From Chloracidobacterium sp. (GTDB taxonomy: Bacteria > Acidobacteriota > Blastocatellia > Pyrinomonadales > Pyrinomonadaceae), in assembly GCA_031370285.1 (NCBI GenBank), contig JANMQG010000057.1:33502-97501 (forward strand): 64,000 nt of DNA, given 5' to 3'. A program made the translations under genes and the position numbers. Below are positions 18,303 through 26,900 of the stretch, piece after piece. Every line of letters begins with the position of its first letter. Position 1 is the first letter of the stretch. The notes beneath the pieces were generated by a model. The model was not told the DNA's origin and did not search any database. It saw only the letters and a program-made list of their open reading frames with translations.

Positions 18303-19138
18303 CTTACACCGTCGGCATCGACGTCGGCTCGACCTATACCAAGGCGCTGATTCTTTCCGATGACTTTCGCATCGTCGGCAAGGCGCTGACCAACACCGGT
18401 TTTAAACTTGCCGCAGTCGCACGCAAACTTTTTGATCAGTCTCTTGCACAAGCCGGCCTGAAAGACGCCGATATTGCCTACGTCGTGGCGACCGGTTTTG
18501 GCCGCCACATGGTTCCGTTCAGCAACGTTGCGGTGACGGATCTAACGGCGAGCGCGCGGGGAACGGCGTTTCTTTTTCCCAAGACCCGCACGGTTCTGGA
18601 TGTCGGCGGGCAAACGATGAAGGCGAGCCGCCTCGACGAGACTGCCAAAGTGAGGTCGTTCCGGCTGAACGACAAGTGCGCCGCGGGCACGGGCGCATTC
18701 ATCGAGAAAACCGCGCGCTACATGGGTTACACGACCGAAGAGATTGGGCCGCTGGTCGCCACCTCGAAAGTGGCCGTGCCGATCTCCGGTGTCTGTGCTG
18801 TGTTTGCCGAGTCCGAAGTGATCAATCAACTATCGATGGGCGCACCCCCGGCGGACATCATGCATGGCGCCATCTCGTCGCTGGTTGATCGTTCGGTCCA
18901 ATTGATGAGGCGCGTGCAGATGGAACCCGAATACACACTGATCGGCGGCATCCTGCGCTTCGGCATGATGGCGCGCGTCGTGCGCGAGAAGTTGAACTCA
19001 GAAGTAAACGTTCCCGAGGGCGAGATGGTTCAATACACGACCGCCCTGGGAGCGGCGATTCTGGGCCACCAGCGATTGCGAAAGCTGAAAGAAAGCGGTG
19101 TTGAGGTTTCAAGCGTAACTGAAACGGTGGCGGCGTAA
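18299..19138 (+). CDS. BadF/BadG/BcrA/BcrD-type ATPase subunit 2
   Basis: [35 protein letters not shown]. Overlaps the previous gene by 4 nt (ATGA), suggesting translational coupling. Confidence 0.85.
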   Translation: MTYTVGIDVGSTYTKALILSDDFRIVGKALTNTGFKLAAVARKLFDQSLAQAGLKDADIAYVVATGFGRHMVPFSNVAVTDLTASARGTAFLFPKTRTVLDVGGQTMKASRLDETAKVRSFRLNDKCAAGTGAFIEKTARYMGYTTEEIGPLVATSKVAVPISGVCAVFAESEVINQLSMGAPPADIMHGAISSLVDRSVQLMRRVQMEPEYTLIGGILRFGMMARVVREKLNSEVNVPEGEMVQYTTALGAAILGHQRLRKLKESGVEVSSVTETVAA

Positions 19139-19156
19139 GCCGGCGACAAATGAAAA

Positions 19157-19178
19157 CGGCAGGGTGCGCGCCCTGCCG
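19157..19178 (+). terminator. GC-rich hairpin after the ATPase gene (weak terminator candidate)
   Basis: cggcaggg-tgcgcg-ccctgccg. The T-run (tttt) starts only 14 nt downstream. Confidence 0.4.
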
Positions 19179-19195
19179 GAAGTGCCTGATTTTAT

Positions 19196-19241
19196 TGGTG
19201 GAGCAGAGGAGGGTCGAACTCCTGGCCTCCGCATTGCGAAC
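19196..19241 (-). repeat. partial copy of tRNA-Ala(CGC) 3' half (att-like remnant)
   Basis: 46 nt tggtggagcagaggagggtcgaactcctggcctccgcattgcgaac identical to 30114-30159, same orientation. Confidence 0.85.
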
Positions 19242-19784
19242 TGGACTACCGGCAAAAACGTAAGTATTTGCCTTTTCGAAAGTTGCGGCCACCGAAGAAA
19301 TATCGAGGTTTTCCCCTCCTTTCCCATTTCTTACCATCGCGCAGCGGTCGCTTGCTGTTATTCTTGTCCACGTATTGGCCACGCGAGAATTGTCAATCAG
19401 GGCGTTTCTAGGAATCCAACTTGGCACCTCAAAACAAGAACCAGCAAATCAGTCAAACCCACAGCCTTCCTGGTCATTAAGAACCGGGCAGTATGTCCTT
19501 TTGTCTTTGAGAGGCCCGGCTTGCCGTTTCCCGATCGTTCCAATCTACCAACAAGTAGGCGAAACCCTGGTCCTACGCCCTCGAGAGTTGTGGTTTAATC
19601 GGCAAAGTGGCGAGCTATGAGAAATAAGATGATTACTCGTATTCGGCTTACGACGTTCACTCCTTCTTTGAGAATGCATGGTAGTATTTTTCCGAAGAAA
19701 CGAATTGTTCAATTATTACCCTAGTTGACCGCGATCAACCGATACGTAGGCCCTTGAGCTGAGGAGACACCTTCCGCTAAAACC

Positions 19785-22601
19785 ATGTCTACTCCTGTCG
19801 GCAAACGTCTTGGCCGTTATGAGATCCGCTCGCTGCTCGGAGTGGGCGGCATGGGTGAAGTCTATCTTGCTCAAGACAGTCAGCTGCGCCGACCGGTGGC
19901 GCTAAAACTTCTGCCGCCGAAATTCACAATCGACGAGGAGCGGCTGCGCCGTTTTAAGCAGGAAGCTCTTGCCGCATCTGCCCTGAACCATCCGAATATT
20001 CTCACGATCCACGAGATCGGCTCAGAAGGCGACACCGATTTTATCGTTACGGAATTTATCGACGGAATCTCGCTGCGCGAGCTCATGGCAAAACAGCCGA
20101 TGTCGATCGGACAGGTACTGGACATCTGTAGCCAAATCGCTTCCGCGCTGGCTGCAGCTCATGCGGCCGGCATCGTGCATCGCGATATTAAGCCAGAGAA
20201 TGTGATGGTCCGACGCGATGGCTATGTAAAGGTGCTCGACTTTGGTCTCGCGAAGCTTACTGAGCTTCCAGGACTGCATAGTGATTCCGAGGCGGCGACG
20301 GTACAAGTGGTGAAGACTGATCCTGGAAAGGTCATGGGCACAGCCAAGTACATGTCTCCCGAACAGGCGCGCGGGTTAGAAGTTAATGAGCAAACCGACA
20401 TCTGGAGTCTGGGAGTCTTACTTTATGAACTGGCCGCAGGGCGGGTTCCTTTTGAAGGACAGACCGGCAGTGACGTTTTGGCGTCGATATTGACCGCCGA
20501 ACCCGTACCTCTGCAACGACATTCGCCCGACATTCCAACCGAACTGCAACGGATCGTGCGTAAAGCATTGCGCAAGGATCGCGAGGAGCGATATCAGTTG
20601 GCCAAGGAGTTGGCCCTGGATCTAAAGAATCTGCGCCGGGAGTTGGAGCTTAACGTCGAAATCGAGATTTCTCAGCAACCTGCTGCGCCCCCTCAGCAAG
20701 CTTTGGGCATAGGCGCCAGCCGGGCGGGCACTAGAAGTTTCCATTCGACTTCGCACACTGCGGAGGTGAATGTCCGAAAGACCAACTCGACTGCCGAATA
20801 CCTCGTAGCGGAAATCAAATCTCATCCCAAAGCCCTCGTGTTTATCCTGGGAGTTATCGGTTTAGCAGCGCTGGCGATCGTGCTGACGGTGGCTTACCGG
20901 TGGACGGCAACACAGTCCTCGTCCAGCAACGTTTCCAGTTCTTTGCGAACCATGAAGATCGCCCGCCTCACAAGCTCCGGCACTGCGGATAAAGCGGCCA
21001 TCTCGCCTGATGGCAAATACCTGGTCCATGTTGCGAGCGAGAGCGGACAGCAGAGTTTGCGCGTGCGTCAGGTCAACACCAACAGTGATGTGCAGATCAT
21101 GCCGCCATCTGACGTGCAATTTGCCGGACTGACTTTTTCGCGGGATGGCGATTTCATCTACTACGTGGCCGCTGAGAAGAACAGCGCTACGTCGAACCTC
21201 TATCAAATCCCCGCATTGGGCGGAAACGAACGAAGACTGTTCTCAAATGTGGGAAGTGCTGTCACGTTCTCGCCCGACGGACAGCAGGTGGCATTCATTC
21301 GCAACTTTCCCGACGCCGGAGAAGATGCATTGATGATCGCGAGCGCCCAGGGTGGCGGCGAACGCAAACTCACTGTGCGCAAGTTGCCAAACTTCTTTCG
21401 CCATGTCGCCTGGTCGCCGGACGGAAAAACAATCGCCTGCAGCGCCGGGAGTTTTGTTCCCAGCTACACCACCTATGTTGTTGATGTAGCATTGGAAAGC
21501 GGCAAAGAGAAACAGATCGGAACTCAAAGCTGGATGTTTATGGGCCAGCTGGCCTGGATAGGTGATGGTAGTGCCCTAATTCTTGCCGCCTCGGAACAAG
21601 AGTCGGGTAGTTTTGATGCGCAACAGATCTGGTACGTCTCTTATCCTGAAGGTGGAGCGCGACGGGTTACGAACGACTTGAATGATTACACAGGAGTTAG
21701 TCTGACGTCCGACTCGAATCGTCTGGTGACCGTTCAGTCTGAAACGAGTGCGAATGTTTGGATCGTGCCGAATGGTGACGCGAATCGGGCAACCCGAACC
21801 ACCACCGGGACGGGCAAGATCGATGGGCGCGACGGCCTCGCCTCGACCCCTGAGGGAAAGATCGTCTACGCCTCGAAGGCCAGCGGCAATTTGGATCTTT
21901 GGATGATGAATGGCGACGGCACTAATCAAAGGCAGTTGACAGAAAACTCGCGTATCAACAGTCACCCTGCGGTATCGCCCGATGGTCGTTACATTGTCTT
22001 CGCTTCGGATCGCACCGGAGCGTCAAACATCTGGCGCACCGACATAGATGGCAGCAATGCCCGACAGTTAACCAGGGGCAGCGGCGAAGACAATCCGCAA
22101 TGTTCGCCGGACGGTAAATGGGTTGTTTACACCTTGCTGGGCGCAGGGAAGCCAACCCTCTGGCGCGTCTCAATTGATGGCGGAGCTGCTCAGGAACTCA
22201 CCGATAAGTATACCGCCGCTGCGGCTCTCTCGCCCGACGGTAAATCGCTGGCCTGCCTCTATCGCGAAGAACAACCCAATTCGCCGCTCAAACTGGCAAT
22301 CTTTCCTCTCGAAGGAGGAGAGCTAACGCGTGTCTTTGATGCGCCAATTCCCGCCGAGGAAGTATCGCTCGTGCCACCGCCCCGCTGGACAACGAATGGC
22401 CGAGCGCTGACCTACGTTGTGACAAGCGCAGGTGTTTCTAATATCTGGCTTCAGCCGATCGACGGCGGGGCGCCCAGACAGCTGACCATGTTCAGCGCCG
22501 ACCGCATCTTCTCATTTGAGTGGTCGCGCGATGGCAAGCAACTCTTAGTCGCCCGCGGCATGGTGGCGAGCGACGTCGTATTGATTAGTAATTTTCGTTG
22601 A
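19785..22601 (+). CDS. Ser/Thr protein kinase with TM segment and C-terminal TolB-like beta-propeller repeats
   Basis: Kinase motifs GVGGMGEVY, HRDIKPEN, DFGLA. TM ALVFILGVIGLAALAIVLTVAY. Repeated SPDGK/SPDGR propeller blades. Confidence 0.85.
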   Translation: MSTPVGKRLGRYEIRSLLGVGGMGEVYLAQDSQLRRPVALKLLPPKFTIDEERLRRFKQEALAASALNHPNILTIHEIGSEGDTDFIVTEFIDGISLRELMAKQPMSIGQVLDICSQIASALAAAHAAGIVHRDIKPENVMVRRDGYVKVLDFGLAKLTELPGLHSDSEAATVQVVKTDPGKVMGTAKYMSPEQARGLEVNEQTDIWSLGVLLYELAAGRVPFEGQTGSDVLASILTAEPVPLQRHSPDIPTELQRIVRKALRKDREERYQLAKELALDLKNLRRELELNVEIEISQQPAAPPQQALGIGASRAGTRSFHSTSHTAEVNVRKTNSTAEYLVAEIKSHPKALVFILGVIGLAALAIVLTVAYRWTATQSSSSNVSSSLRTMKIARLTSSGTADKAAISPDGKYLVHVASESGQQSLRVRQVNTNSDVQIMPPSDVQFAGLTFSRDGDFIYYVAAEKNSATSNLYQIPALGGNERRLFSNVGSAVTFSPDGQQVAFIRNFPDAGEDALMIASAQGGGERKLTVRKLPNFFRHVAWSPDGKTIACSAGSFVPSYTTYVVDVALESGKEKQIGTQSWMFMGQLAWIGDGSALILAASEQESGSFDAQQIWYVSYPEGGARRVTNDLNDYTGVSLTSDSNRLVTVQSETSANVWIVPNGDANRATRTTTGTGKIDGRDGLASTPEGKIVYASKASGNLDLWMMNGDGTNQRQLTENSRINSHPAVSPDGRYIVFASDRTGASNIWRTDIDGSNARQLTRGSGEDNPQCSPDGKWVVYTLLGAGKPTLWRVSIDGGAAQELTDKYTAAAALSPDGKSLACLYREEQPNSPLKLAIFPLEGGELTRVFDAPIPAEEVSLVPPPRWTTNGRALTYVVTSAGVSNIWLQPIDGGAPRQLTMFSADRIFSFEWSRDGKQLLVARGMVASDVVLISNFR

Positions 22602-22620
22602 GAGGTTAACGCCGGCTAGG

Positions 22621-23229
22621 CTACTGCTTGATCACTCTTAAATTCTTCAGTGCCGACCCTACTTCTTCGTTGTTCGGCCGCTGCTTGTAGTCGGTCTCGA
22701 CTTTGATCCAGGCGACTCGTCCGTCCTCATCGATAATGTAAACCGTGGCGTGCGGAATGCCCTCAAATTTCTGCCCATTGTAAGCCGAGTCGCGAACTCC
22801 ATATGCGTCGATCACCCGATGAGCGGGGTCGGACAAGATTGGAAAGTTGACTTCTCCTTTGCCGTCGGCGGCAATCTGCTCAGCAAACTGTCTGCTTTCG
22901 GCCGGACTGTCAACGCTGACTGCATAGAAGCGAACCTGCTCTTCTTGTTTTACCAATGAACGCAGCCCGGCCAACTGCCGAGCACAGTAGGGTCACCAGT
23001 TGCCTCGATAAAAGACAAGGACTGTGGGCATGCTGCCGCGCGCGGAGGAGAGTGTAACTTTTCGATTGTTTTGATCATCGAGTGTAAAGTCGGGAGCCAT
23101 CTCACCGACCGCGACCGGCGAATTACGAGGCTTCAAGTCGCCGTCGCTCGAGGAAGATGAGTTGAGCTTCGTAGTACACGCGATGCTTCCGATGATTAGG
23201 GTGATTGCTCCCGCAACTCTGAGATTCAT
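22621..23229 (-). CDS. lipoprotein-type peroxiredoxin-like (AhpC/TSA-redoxin) protein with in-frame TGA at 22993-22995; selenoprotein candidate or pseudogene
   Basis: ORFs 22993-23229 and 22621-22974 are in one frame. The junction reads VLVFYRGNW-TGA-PYCARQLAGL, so the stop replaces the first Cys of the WCPxC redox motif. Signal/lipobox LIIGSIAC. Confidence 0.6.
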
Positions 23230-23872
23230 AAGCCTGACATCCTAACGAGTATTCTATGATGTGTGCAGCCGGGTATTCCTTCTTCGTTCGCCGGTAACAG
23301 TATTACAAAATTGCAGTTCGGGCAAAGCAAACTCTATTTCTGGCGTTTGAACGCATGAATCTCTTGGCGGGGATCCAGCCGTATCTAACGTCGGTCAAAA
23401 GAGTGGCTTCGCTGTTAGCCCTCTTTGTTCCGCTTGCCATCTTCGGGATTCGATTTCTGACGGGGAAGTTCAAAGCAAGGCTCTGACACTGCGCATCATT
23501 AAGCTTCGCACTTCGAATACTCAGAATCAAAATGTGATGATTAGAGGTGTTATTCAGGCTAATATCTTGACTATGATATTTTGCCGTTCCTAACCAAGGA
23601 GACCGTCTCACGATATGAAAGTGGTCAGAGGCGCGCGCCGAGCAAAAGCGTCGCGCCCAAAATGGATGGGCCAAACCTGGAAACGTATCGTCCAATATTG
23701 ATCTTCATTCTGATCTCCTCATTCTAAAAAAGCGTACCGTCGAGGTGCGGAACGATGGATTTACTCCAGGTCTTGCCGCCATCTTTCGACCTGGCGATGT
23801 TCCAGCCAACGCGGTTTTCCAAGGGTTTTATACGCTTATATATGGAGCTTAACGCAACCGCCGTAGATTTAT

Positions 23873-23912
23873 CTGTAGCGACGTCACAACGGCGTCACAA
23901 GAAGATGAGCGC
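23873..23912. repeat. left copy of about 40-bp direct repeat containing CGTCACAA x2
   Basis: ctgtagcgacgtcacaacggcgtcacaagaagatgagcgc versus ctgcagccgcgtcacaacggcgtcacaagagaaaatgagagc at 30030-30072. Confidence 0.7.
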
Positions 23913-23953
23913 GCAGGCAGAGTTTGAATACCCAGCCATTGAGTAGGCAACTA

Positions 23954-26900
23954 CTAACCGTGGATGCGCAGACAGGCATAGTCAACAACGATAGCGCCGT
24001 AGGACAGTGAGAGACCCTCGACTTCCGGGCGAGCAAAGCGGTAAGTCTGCTCGTGAAAGAGAGGAAGCAGCAGTCTGTCCCGCGCGATGATTTCTTCGAC
24101 CTGTCGATAGATACCATGTCTAGCCGCCGGTGATGTTTCTAATCGTCCCCGTGCTATCAGACGGTCAACTTCGGCTGAGCCACACAGTTTTCCTAAATAT
24201 CCATTCTTGGTACTCAGGATGTTTGCGAAGGTGTCGGCATCAGGATAATCCGCGCCCCAGCGCCCCAGAACTATATCGACGGAACCCTGTAACAGCGCCT
24301 CCTGCAATTCATTCATCGTCTTGTTCACGGTGCGAAATTTTATCTGGTGATCGCTGACCGAGCGCGAGATCTCACGCGCGAGAGCTGAATATTCCCCAAA
24401 AAACACCGGGTTTACGGCAGCGGTCAATTCGACTTTCACGTCTGGCTGTTCGGACGCGGATGTAGATGGAACAGGCATTCTCGGCGTGTATGCAGAATCA
24501 TGACCAAGCAGTCCAGGCGGTATGAGTCCCTGGGCTGGGACCGCGAGTCGTCCCAGGGTCTGACGCACCACGCTCGCAACGTCGATCGACCGCGCCAGCG
24601 TCTGGCGCAGGCGTTTGTCCTTCAGTGGTCCGCGTTGACAGTTGAATGCCGCGTAGTAGGTTATGAGGTTCGGGATCTCGTGATAACCGGAGGCAAACTC
24701 AGGATCGCGCCGCAGCGCCTCTGCGTCCGCAGGCAACAGATCGGCCGCCAGCGAAAATCGACCGGCGCGGAACTGCGAGAGGATGTCCGCCGGGGCGACA
24801 CCGAAATTAAAATTGAGTCGTTCAATTCTCGGATAGCCACTGCGCCAGTAGTTTCGGTTTCGCTCGAGCTCAAGGCGCACGCCTGGCTCAAACTTTAAAA
24901 CGCGAAAAGGGCCGGTTCCCACGCTACCTTCTTGCCAGCTTGCCCCAAACTTGTCGCTGCCTTCAGGGACGATGGCCGCTGCGTGATAAGAAATGAGCGC
25001 CGGGAAGAATGAGACCGGCTCGTCGAGCTCGATCGTAAACTCATTGGCTGAGTGAATGCGAAAGCCGGCAAGGTCGGAAGCCTCACCGTTCAGGAGCGTC
25101 TTAGCGCCGCGAATGGGTGCATAGAAGAAGCGTCCAAGACTTTCCGGGTTCAGTAGCAGCCTTTCAAACGAGTAGCGAACATCGCGCGCGGTCAGTTTGC
25201 GTCCATCATGGAAGCGAACATCATCCCGGAGGCGGAAACGATATCTCCTACCTCCCTGTTCAGCCGTGAAATCTGTAGCCAGCCAGGGAACGATGCGAGC
25301 GCCACCGACATCGCGAGTCAGGGTTTCGAAAATGCTCGGCAGCACCTCTGAATCTTCTACGGTGCCCGCCAGTGAGGGATCGACGTGGTTGAGTGTGCCT
25401 GTTATCGGGACTTCAATCGTGCCACCGCCGGCCCGCAGGGTGTCGGTCGCTCTGGCCGCCGATTCTAACTTGCCTATCTCGGCATAGTTAACATATGGAG
25501 CGCTGCCATAAAGGTTAAGCCCGCGAACCTTTGAGTTGGCAAGGCGATAATCGACATCGTGAAACAGCGGTAACACAATTCCTGATTCCTGCAAAAAACT
25601 TTCGTACTTCCGATACAGTGATGCCCTGACACCGGGACGGCTTTCGGTACGCGCCTCTTCGAGTATCTGATCCCCTTCGGCCGAGGAGATGTAAGTGCGG
25701 TATAGACCCACACGTGAATGGAAGAGACCATAGGTAAAGTCGTCCGGGTCATCATAGTCAGCATTCCATCTGCCGATGAACACATCTATTCCCGCACTAC
25801 TCTGGAAAGATTCCAGGTAAGAGGCCATCGTGGGTGTCGCGACCTCAACTTTCACACCGAGCTCCGACCAGATTGAGAGCAGACTTGTCAGTAGCGATTC
25901 ATATCGATCCAGAAACAAAGGATGTACGGCCGCCCTGAGCTTGATTGGATCGGTGATGCCGGCTGAGCGCAGCATGGATGAGGTCTCGTCGCGAGTGAGT
26001 GTTTGGCGCCGCCTTCCCGGATCATACCCAAGCATCCCGGGTGGAATCAGGCAGACGGCAGGCTGCGCAAACCGCCCAAGTGTTTGCCAAACCAGATCGT
26101 GCGTGCGCACTACGCCGGAGAGTGCTCGACGAAGGTCGAGATTTTGGGCGACTGAACCACTCGTCGAATTGAATATCAGGAAGTAAGTGTTCTTGCGCGG
26201 AGACTCGACCAACCCGCCGCGAAAGCGTGGGTCGCGAAGAAACTCTTCAAGATCCTGAGGCGATAGATCGCGTGCGAGGTCAATCGAGCCTGACCGCAAC
26301 CCTGAAGCTATCTCAGCAGCGCTGAGCCCGGCCCGAAATTCAACCTCATCAAGATGCGCGGAAGAACCCTTCCAGTATTTTTCATTACGCTCGAGCACGA
26401 TGCGGTCGGGCCTATACGAGGCCATGCGAAACGGACCCGTGCCAATCGGAATCGAATCGGTCTTTCCCGCAGCAACGTCGCTTAGGGTGATGCCGGTCTT
26501 GTAATCTGTCAGTAGGGCAGGATAGATGGAAAGTGGGTCAGGCAACTGTATTTCCAATTTGTAATCTGCATGGACCACAATTCCAACAAGCTCCTCGTCA
26601 TTGCTCGCCGTCCTTGCGAATTCGGCCGCGCCACGGATCGCCGCGAGTCCCGGAGGTAGCTCACGAGCTACACGAATGCTCCGCTCGAAGGAACGTTTGA
26701 CAGCCTGAGCGGTCAGGGCCTGACCATTCTGGAAGCGGACGTTTTCTCGCAGTGTAAAGAAAACCGAAGTGCCGTCCTCGGACACTTCCCATTTCTCGCA
26801 GAGAGCCGGAACTAAATTGCCTTCGAGATCTGTCGCCAATAAAGTCTCAAAGACGTTTGCTAAAATCTCCTGCTCTTCCACCAGTTCCATATTGACGGGA

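Noticed and set aside
23303-23701. 130-aa minus-strand ORF and a 28-aa basic plus-strand ORF (23615-23701, AAGGAG upstream) in the 720-bp gap between the Prx-like and giant kinase genes
   Set aside because: There are no motifs, the composition is atypical, and the two overlap each other. Evidence is insufficient to call either.
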